A DNA stretch of 63,258 bases, counting the filler, from Nemertoderma westbladi (taxonomy: Eukaryota > Animalia > Xenacoelomorpha): assembly GCA_032718475.1 (NCBI GenBank). It is 4 parts of 4 records of this genome, joined end to end, with 100 filler letters (N's around TTAATTAATTAA, not from the genome) between each part and the next. Parts side by side here need not be neighbours in the genome. Positions count along the whole stretch, not along the records: positions 1 to 22,822 come from JAUCBJ010002457.1; positions 22,923 to 50,219 come from JAUCBJ010007577.1; 2 more parts are not named here. The stretch is one strand, 5' to 3'. Positions within the stretch are counted from its first letter, which is position 1; every line of letters starts with the position of its first letter. The position numbers and the translations under genes are program-made. Shown one piece after another: positions 12,121-25,900 of this stretch. The notes beneath the pieces were generated by a model. The model was not told the DNA's origin. It saw only the letters and a list, made by a program, of their open reading frames with translations, and made no database searches.

Positions 12121-15100
12121 AGGGACGGGGGTGGTGGGAAAGGGGGGTCAATTGTCCTCCCAGCTAATTTCTAGGGGGCGAAATATTTGAGTATTAAAGC
12201 GCTTTCCTACAGTATTATATTACTGCAGAGGTGTAGCCACTGTTATAAACCGACCGTAATGAAAAAAACGTTAGTTTTATCAAGAATTAATTATATTGTT
12301 TAAAAAGTTTTATTTAAATATGCAAAATCTCAACATTGTTTAAAATATTTCCGCTCACTAGATTCTCACATTGTTTTCTTTGTTATGCACATTAACTTAT
12401 TTAATCAATATTCCTATTAAGAACTATATTAACATCCACCATTTCCTCTCGAATTCTAATACCTTCACCCCCTCCCCCTCCTTCATATTATCTACTTTCA
12501 TGTATACCATTTACCATTTATACATTTCACCCTCAACAGTTTATCCTACTCCTTGACCGAAACTTAAATGCATCGATGTTTATTTAACACGAGTCACTGT
12601 AACTAACAATAAAATAAACCGCTAAATGAAAAATAAAGTGATAGAAATTGCTCTAAGATATGGATGGGTATTTCATAGTGCAGTCATGCACTGTTGGCAT
12701 CAATCAGATCAAGCTGCCGTGGAATCAGTACTATTAAGTCTCTGACTAAGTTTTTCTATATGATCAATGATCATCACTGCGCGCCTGAAGAGTTGGCGGA
12801 TGTCTTGCTCTGAGCTCTGAGCAGTCTGTTGCTTGTAAGGGTAGATGCTGTGAAGAACAAATTCAAACAATTAGACTCCTCATTGACATGTTAATGACAA
12901 GAACCGCACTATATCCCTCCTCTTCATAGACTTTAATACAGCTGGCTATACTGTCTAGGAATGCACTAACCATATTGTAAATGCTATACATGGATTGTAC
13001 TCAAACGATCTGAGTTTAATATCATCTAACATTGTACATTCAATGGTTGGTGTTTTGTGCCCCTGGATGTGTTACCCCTTCACAATATTTATCGACCCAT
13101 TTTGATAAGGTTCTGAAATTTCCTATACTGGTTACACATTTTACTGCTAATGTATGATTCCATTATTTTAGCTACTACACGATGGAAATGCCTAGATAAA
13201 CTCTCAGTACTATAGCAATTCTGCAATTAATCAGGTATGGTATTAACAGGTTCAAAACAAAATGTATGTTAATTGGAAATGCTACTGCCACTGACCACCA
13301 TCCCTTACATGCCTATGCTATGGGCCGGGTTATTCTGAATATCCACTGATAGTCAACAATACTCATACCTACTCTTTCCTCTATATCTCTATATGGTGGC
13401 ATTGATGCAGCAGTTCCCTTTCATATAGCTGAAAAGCAGAAACATATTTCTCAATTCCATGGCTTTCTTATTCTTAGCAAGCATGCCAGCAGTCCATTGT
13501 ATTTGAAACTCAAACCTTTTCTTGCATGTTTGCTTACAGCAACCATGTACAGTTGTGAAACATTGATTGGCGCCAACCTTTCATCCACCAGCAGAATCTA
13601 CAATGAAGTATTAACAGACACACTTGGTATACGTCTGTGAACCTGTCTCTTCAATATTATCTAAGTTTCCATTATTTACATTGACTGATGGTATCAGATT
13701 AGTTCATTCTAAGACATACCAAACCAGATCCACTGACCCTGACCCGTAAATTTTACTCGTCCTAAAATGACTCTGAGCAATAGTTTCTTTTTCCCTTCAT
13801 GCCCTTACCTGGGAAATTGAATGTTCCCAGTAAATACATTACATAGACCAACCTGAAAGAAATACGTGAGTAAAGAGGAGAAACGAAACTGCAACAACTA
13901 TTAACAATCAGAAAGACTCTCATTTCCACTGTCCACGCTCACTCGACCTAGTATTGTTTAGTATTATATTATAACTACATTTAAGTTTAGTTTCCTTCTT
14001 ATAGTGTTGATCTTGCGCTAAATCTTATTTTAGGATGTAATTCAAAAAAGTACATTGAGAAATGCTGTCAGCTCTCCAGCATCAATCCAGAAGTTGTATA
14101 CAGAACCAAGTGTTGCTCAACTCCAATGCCAAATTAATGGAGATCCTTGTCACCCTTTGTGTGCAGCCAAACCCCTGAGCTGTTACTGGCCAGAACCAAG
14201 GCAGTAATGGGTATTGAAATGACAATACTCAAAAAATAAAAAATAATTTTTTTCCCCAATCACCTTGATACTTACACAAAAGTGGTCATTTGCAATGATA
14301 ATAATAACACATAAAAAAGCGTTTTTGAAAATATAGGGTGGGAGATGTTTCACAAGGGCCCTTAAATTTTCAATTCTGTCGACAATTTTCTATTATTTCC
14401 CACATAGTGATAAGATGACAAGTCATTGTAGTCATCGTGGAACATGATCTATTTGTATTTATAGTATTGATACTCTGTTTTTTTAATTTCTACATAGTTA
14501 TTCGGTTATCATGTGTCATCACATATGTATACAAAATTGTATATAATTTATTAATATAAAATAATATTGTGATGAGACAAATAATTTGAACTCGAATTGA
14601 TGATTGAAAACAAATTGTTATGCTAGGGCAAATCTGGAAACAGAGTTGGAAGCAGCGTTGCCGAATTTTGTATAATTCATATATACAAAGCTTCTTTCTA
14701 TATTTCAGATAGAACAATGAAGATACTTTCACTCATCATATCAGTTGGTGATAAGTAATTTGAAATCGCATTGGCGTTTGTCAAAAAACTTGATAAGCTC
14801 GGCAAAATGTGAAAGCAAATTTTGAATTGTGATGTCGAATTATTTGTTCTCCCTATACATAAAGCTCCTATTCATTATTTAGATTTGATTTTGTGCACTT
14901 TCATTATCAGTGATAAATACTTCCACTTATAACAGTTATTCGCAATAAGTAACATTAATAGTGAAAAATATTGATGTTCTAGAGCAAATCTGAAAACAGA
15001 TTTGGTATCAGCGTTGTCGAATTATGTATACTCCATATATAAAGTTCCTTCCCATGATTTAAATATATTTTGGGCTCTTTCCTTCTTATTGAAGCTTCTT

Positions 15101-15629
15101 ATATTTATCACAGGAATTTGCAATAATGGAATTTAAACTGGGATTGACCAAATTGGAGGTAAATCTAGCGATATATTAACCAAATTGGCTGAAATTTTGA
15201 CAGGGGGTTCCCAACCAATAAAAACTGGGGTAAAATGTGCTCGATTAATGGGTAATATGTGCTCGATTAATGGGTAATATGTGCTCGATTAATATGTATT
15301 ATTAGTACATAATGCTAGGCTATTGCGTTTTAGTCCCATTAATAGGCCTAATATCATAAATATTAAAAAATGACACATGATATCGAGACTATATAGAAAT
15401 TCATATTTGTTTGAAAAAGTAAAGTAGCATCGACCAATACTTCAAGTACCATGATCTTACTACAATGACTTCTAAAATTTAGAGCCCATTTGATTTTTCT
15501 TCCACTTTATATTTTCAAAAACTGTTTTTTAATATTAGGGATTGCAAAAATCGGAACAACGTTTTTGGCGTATTCATAATTATAATTATAAGGGTCATTC
15601 ACCACAGTTTTATAAAAACTAATCAGTTT

Positions 15630-15672
15630 CACCGTATGGCCATTTCACCCTTCATGGGTGTCTTCAGCGGTG
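15630..15672 (-). ncRNA. Minimal type I hammerhead ribozyme motif
   Basis: Minus strand: CACCG CUGAAGA c ACCC AUGAA GGGU GAAA UGGCCA UA CGGUG. This gives stem I, core CUGANGA, stem II, GAAA, a palindromic short stem III, cleavage triplet AUA, and stem I'. Confidence 0.8.
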
Positions 15673-18285
15673 TTATAATCAAATAAACAATCAAATAAAA
15701 TTTATTAAAAATATTTTAATTAATTAACCAGTGCTAATGATAAAGGGTCTATATTAAGAAATAGTGTGTAAATAACATTTAATTTACAAGTGCAAATCAG
15801 GCGGAAATATTATTTAAATTTAATTTACAGTTAATCAGTTTGTGCAGCTAACGGTACCAGCAGACTGGGTATGTGTCCCTGCCCCCGCATTACTGGGCGT
15901 GGTGCAGCGTATGTTCGGTAGTTAAGCAGTTAAGCATTATTATAATATGTCTCCATATGAATTCTACGTTGGTGGCTACGGAATTTCTGGAAGGAAGTGA
16001 TAAGCATTTCGTCAATTGAGCATCTGGAGAAATGTTGTAGGTTAATTGAGCATCCGGAGAAATGCTGTAGGAGGAGGATTTCAGGGTTGGATGGATCCTT
16101 TATTGAATTCTCTAACAGCGTGTCTGTGTTTGCTCAGGCATCCATGGAGGAACTGGCTTCAGCAGGTTTATGGTCCTTAAAGAGTAATAAAAATGTGTCC
16201 TGTCATAAATGTATTTGGGAAAAGATGGGTAAGTAAGTCCGGGTTTCTGATCACCAGTTCCCTGTTGATGCAACAAGTATGAACTTGGCCATTTTAGATT
16301 ACTTATTTTACTAATTTTAAGCTCAAAACACCATTTTTATTGATAAAGTTGGTTGCGGTACAATATCGACTATTTTCAGTTAAATTATGCTTTACTAAGG
16401 GTTTGACGCCATCTAGTGCCATTATCTGCATATCCAACTTTTATTATTGCCTCATTGGCTATGCTCCTTGCTCTCGATCAGCTGTATATAAATACGATTA
16501 GTTCTGTGGTTTATTCTCTTTTTTCTTGTTATTGTTGTACAGAAGAAGTCACATTGCCCATGCAGAGCCATTGATCTCCGGTCAGGTTTAAATGACTGGT
16601 GATTATTACAGGCCTAAGGTCTAAAGTCAAAGTGTTAATAATTGAATTATAATTATTTATCGTTATATTTGATATTCTACTGGTAAACTCAATTTGTTAT
16701 TATTATTTGCTTAATATATCGCCGATATTACAGAATCAAGGAAGTTTTACACGCGCCACAACCAGGTAGGTCACTACAACTAAGCATTAGTGATAATCTG
16801 GACAATTGTATCAAAATACATGTGTGCCGTCATACCTCTAACTTAATAAATAATTAATATATGGTGATATTTCAGACCATCACTGTAAGCAAAGGTCTTA
16901 TTATTAATTACGTCACGATTGAAATTAGTCACAAATTGAATACTGTAGTGATATCAATATAATTAGACCAGAGACTTGTCACAATACGTTTCCTCTAAGG
17001 GGAAACACAATCACCAGACTTGAGTCCTTACATATTAATTAGTCAGACATTTGCTTGTTATACTGTGTTGCCACACCCTCTCGGTACTGTATATCAGTTA
17101 AATATAATAGACGATCAAATACTGTATTAAACTAAGTGCAATATAGAGCAAATCAATACATAAAGGGGAGAAAGGGAAAATAAGCAGATACACTAGAGCG
17201 GCCTTCGTTGAAGGTACACTAGCGCCATTCCCGCTCGGTGTATCAGACCGGACATTTTGCTTCATTATTGCATGGTTTATTAAGTATCAGGAAGAAGTCA
17301 GAATATATGAAAATTGAGATTGAAAGAATGTCTTTTTTATCAAATGCGCTAACATTCCCGCAGTAGTGCATGGCACTTAACTCTAAAATGTGCAGTAGGG
17401 TCTTTGGTTAGCTTTTGATATGTTGATATGTCACTAAGTAGCCTAGAAATATCGTTATGTTTGTCTGTTGCATCGAGGACAATGATATTATTCGTTTTGT
17501 CTCCCTTAAGGAATGTCAGTTCCTTTTTTTAACAAGAGAACAGAGTGCCTGTAGTTGGGAAGTACTAATGTTGGGCAGATGCTGGTTGTTGAACCATTGG
17601 GTTTTATAGAGTCAGTTGTTCGGTGGAGGTTGTAGATGAGGAACTCAATACCCGGGTCATCGTCCGTTTCTATCAGGATCGTCACTCGGTTGAAGAAGGG
17701 ACTCCATGGTGGTATACCCGCAGTCGTAGCTGTGTTTGTAGTCGAGGCATTTGCAGGTTACAGAAACCTGACGGTCTTCTATAATTGATAACCAAAATCA
17801 CCCAGTACGGTGTTGGATCGTTTGCAAACCCTGTCAAAATGTTTAGTAAACAAGTGCTTTAGGTTGCATAGTCTTTTATACTTTTCGTTAATCTCAGTTC
17901 GTTGACTGAGAGACCGTTGTATAACTTGGGGTTAAACTTTAGAACTTGACTTAATCTTGGGACTATGAATTGGGGTGCGAAGTTGGATGCCTTTGCGGAC
18001 TTAATTCGATATGGTGGATAGTGCAGCACTGCGGTTTTATTTCAATATTTTTTACTGTCCACCTATATCAAAGTTTTAGTACCAGTCTGCCGGTACCGTT
18101 AGCTGCATAAACTGATTAACTGTAAATTAAATAATATTTCCGCCTGATTTGCACTTGTAAATTAAATGTTTTAAACACTATTTAAATTAAACACTATTTC
18201 TTAATATAGGCCCTTTATCATTAGCATTGGTTAATTAATTAAAATAATTTTAATAAATTTTATTTGATTGTTAATTTGATTATAA

Positions 18286-18318
18286 CACCGCTGAAGACGG
18301 AGAAATGGCCATATGGTG
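18286..18318 (+). ncRNA. Degenerate hammerhead copy (stem II deleted)
   Basis: CACCG CTGAAGA CGGA GAAA TGGCCA TA TGGTG in the inverted repeat. Confidence 0.6.
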
Positions 18319-18749
18319 AAACATTTTTTAATATGGTATTCACATTGCAAATGGCTACTTTTGTGTAAGTTTCATGATGATTGGGTGTAAGTTTCATTAA
18401 ATGTAAAATGTATATATGTTAGATGTGGTGATTGCAAATATATTAATTTGTATCTGAATGTAAGATGTATTGTATATATCTTTAGGAATGTTATAAATTT
18501 AATTATATTACTCGTATTATATTTCAAAATTATACTACTATATAATATAGTATAGTATAATAGTAGTCTCGCACAAACAGTGCGCACCGCCAGCCAAACT
18601 GGCTTTTAATATTTATATTAAAAGGTTTAAAACCGCACATGCTAATAAAATTAAATCCTTTTTTATAAAAAATAAAATATTAAAATCGTAGAAATTAAAT
18701 ATTTCAAAACTGATAGAGCAATGTAATTAAGTTATTATTGACTCAAGAT

Positions 18750-19673
18750 ACGCTTTCACTTTGTCCAACTTTGCTGTGAAGCTGACCAGTTCCGATCCAT
18801 AAATTGATTTGATTAATTCCAAATGACCCACCCAGTTCGATTGAATCCATTACGTTGGTACCAAGATCAGACAGGAGAGTACTCTTTTGATATTCATATT
18901 GTAGTAGGGACGAGAGCTGTAGTGGGACTGCATATTTTTTCGCGCATTTCCTTAATAATTGAACAAAGACCCAAATAGTGTTGCTGGTTGTTTAGGGTGC
19001 CAGTTGTCCGTGTTATTGATTGCAATAGTGTGTTAGGGGCTCTGATCAATCGCTGGACAGTTAGAATAGCTGATTGGTATATTTCTCGAATTAATTGATT
19101 GATTCCAAATAACCCATATAAAATGTTTGACGAAATTAATGTCCATCCCAGAGAGATGAAGCACTCCGCTAACGAATGAACAAGTCTAAGGCGCTCCTGA
19201 TATATGAACCGGTTATCTCGAGGGATTTTGTACCCGATGAAAGTGAGGTGTGTCATTGTTTGGGGGATGAGGTGATCACTTATGTGCAAAAAAAGATGCA
19301 ACTCAGCTGATCCTCTACCACTAAGGAAAATCCAAGCTGTCTTGTTAATATCGATCTGTAAGCCCACCTTTACAGCAGCAGGTACTTTACAGTTACGTTG
19401 TCTTCTAGCATAAAATTTCCAAAATTGCCCCGGCTTATTATGTAATTTGGCTGACTTTTCCTTTCTATCTTTACAGCTGTGTCTGCTAAGAAGTTGTCTA
19501 CCCAGTCTCTTGGAAAGTGTAGTAGACTCCTTATATGCTTCCTTAAAGTGGGCTTTTGACTGTCCTGAAGATGTCCTCCACAGATCCATAGACTAGATAG
19601 GTCTTCCGACGCTTGTTAATGTGGTAGAGCTTCTTGTTTCTTAAGCGGAGGTTCTTGCAACTCTTACACCATG
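18750..19673 (-). pseudogene. Old non-LTR retrotransposon ORF2 relic (post-endonuclease part)
   Basis: LHNKPGQFWKF motif. The sequence continues from 22036 (NRNP/WCK) once the TIR element is removed. Confidence 0.55.
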
Positions 19674-22031
19674 TCCTGGAATATAGTGTCGTTATTCAGG
19701 TACCTGCCCCCCCCCCCAAATTTTTCTACAAATCTTAATGAGATTGCATGAAATTTGAAACAGAGATAGTTTCACCTCCCTCTTCCTCAATGGGTGAGCC
19801 AGAATTTTTATTTTTGCTTTCAATCTTTAGCTACAAGTGTTTGAAAAAGGTGTCTCCGGCGATATTTCACAGGTCACAGTGCAATCATTCTTCAACCTTA
19901 TTGTGATTTGATGGCTACCCATGCAAGGATTCCAAATTTGTAAAAACATTTGAATTTGGTTGGGAAATAGCTGAGATGTGGGCATTCGAATGTTGCATGT
20001 TTTTGCTCCCCCTGCAGGCCATTTATTCTATTTAATAAATGTACCATAGTAGTAGTGAGCGATTTGCGGCTCGCTCCACCTTTCAATTAATTAATTCGTT
20101 AAAACGCCCCAACAGCCAGTAACGTGTACGTAAATAATGTAACAAGCAGTCAGTTCATTGTACTTAATAATGTCTTTCTACATGATTGAAACCAAAATAC
20201 ATACAGTAAGCCACCAAAATTTAAATATAAAAATGCACAAATTAATCAATCATAAATCAATATACAATGTAATACAATACTATTGTCAATAGTGCAGTAA
20301 GTGGAGGTAGTATCAAGATAAGTTCAAACAGAGGCAATGTCATACATAAGTGAAACCAAAATTATATTGAATTTAAACTAGTAAAGGCCAATAACATCAG
20401 AAATAAATTTACATACCACCTCAAGTTTATCGGTATTTTCATAGAAAATACTACTTAAAGACTTTAGGTTCAATTGTTTGCTATATTCACTACGGATACA
20501 CTCAGATAAAGGGCAACAAAGCAGTCAGTACGTGTTCCTCAGTCTGCACAGTCCCCTTATCACAAACACAAACACGATCTTGGGTGAGAGTTCTACTCCA
20601 TCTACCCTTTTCGATCTGCAGGCTGTGTGACATTAAGCGGACTCGAGTGAACCACACTCTGACATAATCGGGATTATGTAAATCATTACGAAAATATAAA
20701 TCGTGTGGTACCAAACCTAGAATCATTGTTTCTCTATACGTTATGAATTTTGTCGCAGTAGTGGGCTTGGATATGATTTTTTGCCTTAAAGATAGGAACG
20801 GATCAGTATCTCTGGTCAGGGACTCAGCCAGAATTTTATAACCTGGTGATTTTCATTCTTACAGAGCTCATAGATCTGGTGAAAGGGGATATCCATGTCA
20901 AATTCTTTTAATATTTTGGACAGGAAATTATTCCTGGCTGTACTAATTAATGAATCTAGTGGTTTAATACCTTCCTCAATTAAACACAAATCAATTGGAG
21001 TTCGGGTACGCACTGATAATAAAGCTCTAACCATACGACTATATACTTTTTGAACAACACTTAGTATTAGAGGTCAGCCAGCTATATAATAATAATATAC
21101 ATACTATACATAAATAATATACAAGAATATAATACCGATTCCAGTACAGCTGCCTCAAAAACTTTACGTTTCAAAGTAAAGGGCATAGAGGTTATTCCGT
21201 GCACAAAAAATTTAAAATTTATTTGCTGTCTCCGTACAGAATTTTTCATGTAATTTTAGCATCGTAGATACTTTCCCATCTTGTGTAAATATCGATCCTA
21301 GATAGACATAACTATCGCATGATTAAATTTTCTGAGCACCGATCACAATAGGTGTTTTATCAGCTTGGGTACCGTTAATTACAAAAAATAAGCTACCCAT
21401 GCAAGGATTCCAATTATGTAAAAACATTTGAATTTGGTTGAATTTGAATATGGGTATTCGAATGTTGCATGTATTTGCTTCCCCTGCAGGCCATTTATTA
21501 TATTTAATAAATGTACCATATTCTAGAACATTTTGTTTATTCCATACTTAGCTGGGCAACAATGCAATACCTCTTTAATTATACTATTATGTAGCTATTC
21601 ATAAATAAACAAAATGTTCTAGACTAGGGTACATTTATTAAATAGAATAAATGGCCTCAGGGGAAGCAAATACATGCAACATTCGAATGCCCATATCTCA
21701 GCTATTTACCAACCAAACTCAAATGTTTTTACATATTTGGAATCTATTGGAATCTATTATATATATATTTCTATTGGTACCATCAAATCACAATAAGGTT
21801 GAAGAATGATTGCACTGTGACCTGTGAAATATCGCCGGAGACACCTTTTTCAAACACTTGTAGCTAAATATTGAAAGCAAAAATAAAAATTCTGGCTCAC
21901 CCACGGAAGGAGGAGGGAGGTGAAACTATCTCTGTTTCAAATTTCATGCAATCTCATTAAGATTTGTAGAACAATTTTTTTTTTTGGGGGGGGGGGGGCA
22001 GGTACCTGAATAACGACACTATATTCCAGGA
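19674..22031. mobile_element. Non-autonomous DNA element with ~380-bp terminal inverted repeats and apparent CATG target duplication
   Basis: TCCTGGAATATAGTGTCGTTATTCAGGTACCTG... at 19674 is mirrored by ...CAGGTACCTGAATAACGACACTATATTCCAGGA ending at 22031. CATG flanks it at 19670-19673 and 22032-22035. Confidence 0.85.
20150..21390 (-). pseudogene. 5'-truncated LINE 3' fragment nested in the TIR element
   Basis: FTRVRLMSHSLQIEKGRWSR..RVCVC..QTEEHVL C-terminal motif. A YLGSIFT-like motif near 21300. Confidence 0.75.
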
Positions 22032-22035
22032 CATG

Positions 22036-22822
22036 GATTTCTGTTACATCGAATGTGACACTCACTTTCTTGAACAAGAAGATCATTTACCTTATTTGTG
22101 TATGAGTTCAAATCAATTATATTCCATGTTGCTATGGATACAGGCAAAGATGAGTTAAGTTCCTGCAATCGCCGAGTGACATTGTCAGCAAAAATTTTAT
22201 GCGGTTGTGTACCAGACCAATTAAACTTTTTGAGTTTCTTTATCTTTCTTTTTAAATGGATATTTGTCTCCTGGTCCTTATAAAATACATGATTTAGTGG
22301 TAGGCAAAGCTGTGTTTCTACAGGGCAATGGTCAGAGTAGTTATCCCTCTCATTAGGGTTCCACACGATTCCCCTTATTTACTTTACTCCATCAGTATTA
22401 GTTAGTAAATGATCTATATAATATTTGCTACCATTATGCCCATAAAAAGTATAAACTGGACCTGCGAAAGCCTTTGTGTATCCACTGCACTCAGATTGTT
22501 CGCAGAGATAAAACTGTGAAGAGGGTAGCCATTTCGGTTAGGTTTGTCTCTCGAGTATCTATCTGAATAATCGTAACATCGGAATAGTGTCCATATGATG
22601 TAACATCAAATTTTTAATCTTGAAAGGTAATTTGTATACTCTAAACGACCCTTCGATACATCCGGCGCATAACCATTGGCCAGTAAGACTGGTCGTGTAA
22701 GATTGTCTCCAGCATTAATTCGTAGTGCAATAATGTTCTTCGTACATGAAATTTTTACACATTCAAGAAAAAGAGCACTTCGAACAAAAATAGCTACACC
22801 TCCAGTTCCCCGTTTACAGTTT
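22036..22822 (-). pseudogene. APE endonuclease relic of the interrupted LINE
   Basis: Minus-strand TGGVAIFV, YTFYGHNGSKYIDHLL and NYSDHCPV motifs. Confidence 0.8.
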
Positions 22823-22922
22823 NNNNNNNNNNNNNNNNNNNNNNNNNNNNNNNNNNNNNNNNNNNNTTAATTAATTAANNNNNNNNNNNNNNNNNNNNNN
22901 NNNNNNNNNNNNNNNNNNNNNN
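22823..22922. other. Artificial contig linker
   Basis: N-run, TTAATTAATTAA (stops in all six frames), N-run; 100 bp; the same structure occurs three times. Confidence 0.95.
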
Positions 22923-25900
22923 TACTTACCTAAACAGCCCCATAAGGTGGACTTACTTACCTAAACAGCCCCATAAGGTGGACTTACTTACCTAAACAGC
23001 CCCATAAGGTGGACTTACTTACCTAAACAGCCCCATAAGGAGGACTTACTTACCTAAACAGCCCCATAAGGTGGACTTACTTACCTAAACAGCCCCATAA
23101 GGTGGACTTTCTTACCTAAACAGCCCCATAAGGTGGACTTTCTTACCTAAACAGCCCCATAAGGAGGACTTACTTACCTAAACAGCCCCATAAGGTGGAC
23201 TTTCTTACCTAAACAGCCCCATAAGGTGGACTTACTTACCTAAACAGCCTCATAAGGAGGACTTACTTACCTAAACAGCCTCATAAGGAGGACTTACTTA
23301 CCTAAACAGCCCCATAAGGAGGACTTACTTACCTAAACAGCCCCATAAGGTGGACTTACTTACCTAAACAGCCCCATAAGGTGGACTTACTTACCTAAAC
23401 AGCCCCATAAGGTGGACTTACTTACCTAAACAGCCCCATAAGGTGGACTTACTTACCTAAACAGCCCCATAAGGTGGACTTACTTACCTAAACAGCCCCA
23501 TAAGGAGGACTTACTTACCTAAACAGCCCCATAAGGTGGACTTACTTACCTAAACAGCCCCATAAGGTGGACTTACTTACCTAAACAGCCCCATAAGGAG
23601 GACTTACTTACCTAAACAGCCCCATAAGGAGGACTTACTTACCTAAACAGCCCCATAAGGAGGACTTACTTACCTAAACAGCCCCATAAGGAGGACTTAC
23701 TTACCTAAACAGCCCCATAAGGTGGACTTACTTACCTAAACAGCCCCATAAGGAGGACTTACTTACTTACCTAAACAGCCCCATAAGGAGGGCTTACTTA
23801 CCTAAACAGCCCCATAAGGAGGACTTACTTACCTAAACAGCCCCATAAGGTGGACTTTCTTACCTAAACAGCCCCATAAGGTGGACTTACTTACCTAAAC
23901 AGCCCCATAAGGAGGACTTACTTACCTAAACAGCCCCATAAGGTGGACTTACTTACCTAAACAGCCCCATAAGGTGGACTTACTTACCTAAACAGCCCCA
24001 TAAGGAGGACTTACTTACCTAAACAGCCCCATAAGGTGGACTTACTTACCTAAACAGCCCCATAAGGTGGACTTACTTACCTAAACAGCCCCATAAGGAG
24101 GACTTACTTACCTAAACAGCCCCATAAGGAGGACTTACTTACCTAAACAGCCCCATAAGGAGGACTTACTTACCTAAACAGCCCCATAAGGAGGACTTAC
24201 TTACCTAAACAGCCCCATAAGGTGGACTTACTTACCTAAACAGCCCCATAAGGAGGACTTACTTACTTACCTAAACAGCCCCATAAGGAGGGCTTACTTA
24301 CCTAAACAGCCCCATAAGGAGGGCTTACTTACCTAAACAGCCCCATAAGGAGGACTTACTTAAAACCTAAACAGCCCCATAAGGAGGGCTTACTTACCTA
24401 AACAGCCCCATAAGGTGGACTTACTTACCTAAACAGCCCCATAAGGAGGACTTACTTACCTAAACAGCCCCATAAGGTGGACTTACTTACCTAAACAGCC
24501 CCATAAGGTGGACTTTCTTACCTAAACAGCCCCATAAGGTGGACTTACTTACCTAAACAGCCCCATAAGGAGGACTTACTTACCTAAACAGCCCCATAAG
24601 GTGGACTTTCTTACCTAAACAGCCCCATAAGGTGGACTTACTTACCTAAACAGCCTCATAAGGAGGACTTACTTACCTAAACAGCCTCATAAGGAGGACT
24701 TACTTACCTAAACAGCCCCATAAGGTGGACTTACTTACCTAAACAGCCCCATAAGGTGGACTTACTTACATAAACAGCCCCATAAGGTGGACTTACTTAC
24801 CTAAACAGCCCCATAAGGAGGACTTACTTACCTAAACAGCCCCATAAGGTGGACTTACTTACCTAAACAGCCCCATAAGGTGGACTTTCTTACCTAAACA
24901 GCCCCATAAGGTGGACTTTCTTACCTAAACAGCCCCATAAGGTGGACTTACTTACCTAAACAGCCCCATAAGGTGGACTTACTTACCTAAACAGCCCCAT
25001 AAGGAGGACTTACTTACCTAAACAGCCCCATAAGGTGGACTTTCTTACCTAAACAGCCCCATAAGGTGGACTTACTTACCTAAACAGCCCCATAAGGAGG
25101 ACTTACTTACCTAAACAGCCCCATAAGGTGGACTTTCTTACCTAAACAGCCCCATAAGGTGGACTTACTTACCTAAACAGCCCCATAAGGAGGACTTACT
25201 TACCTAAACAGCCCCATAAGGTGGACTTTCTTACCTAATCAGCCCCATAAGGTGGACTTACTTACCTAAACAGCCTCATAAGGAGGACTTACTTACCTAA
25301 ACAGCCTCATAAGGAGGACTTACTTACCTAAACAGCCCCATAAGGAGGACTTACTTACCTAAACAGCCCCATAAGGAGGACTTACTTACTTACCTAAACA
25401 GCCCCATAAGGAGGGCTTACTTACCTAAACAGCCCCATAAGGAGGGCTTACTTACCTAAACAGCCCCATAAGGAGGACTTACTTAAAAACCTAAACAGCC
25501 CCATAAGGAGGGCTTACTTACCTAAACAGCCCCATAAGGAGGGCTTACTTACCTAAACAGCCCCATAAGGAGGACTTACTTACCTAAACAGCCCCATAAG
25601 GTGGACTTACTTACCTAAACAGCCCCATAAGGTGGACTTTCTTACCTAAACAGCCCCATAAGGTGGACTTACTTACCTAAACAGCCCCATGAGGAGGACT
25701 TACTTACCTAAACAGCCCCATAAGGTGGACTTACTTACCTAAACAGCCCCATAAGGTGGACTTACTTACCTAAACAGCCCCATAAGGTGGACTTTCTTAC
25801 CTAAACAGCCCCATAAGGTGGACTTACTTACCTAAACAGCCCCATAAGGAGGGCTTACTTACCTAAACAGCCCCATAAGGAGGACTTACTTAAAAACCTA

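Larger units (their letters stand above)
15627..18322 (-). mobile_element. Penelope-like element relic bounded by ~240-bp inverted (pseudo-LTR) repeats
   Basis: 15627-15870 is the reverse complement of ~18080-18322. Minus strand ~17520-17385 translates LTFLKGDKTNNIIVLDATDKHNDISRLLSDISTYQKLTKDPTAHF, the DKG..Y..L..DPT region of PLE reverse transcriptases. Confidence 0.8.

Noticed and set aside
12650-13860. Possible decayed transposase with a Cys cluster on the minus strand
   Set aside because: Too degenerate to assign without a translated homology search.
22867-22878. TTAATTAATTAA motif within N-runs
   Set aside because: Synthetic six-frame-stop linker. Adjacency across it is not evidence of linkage.
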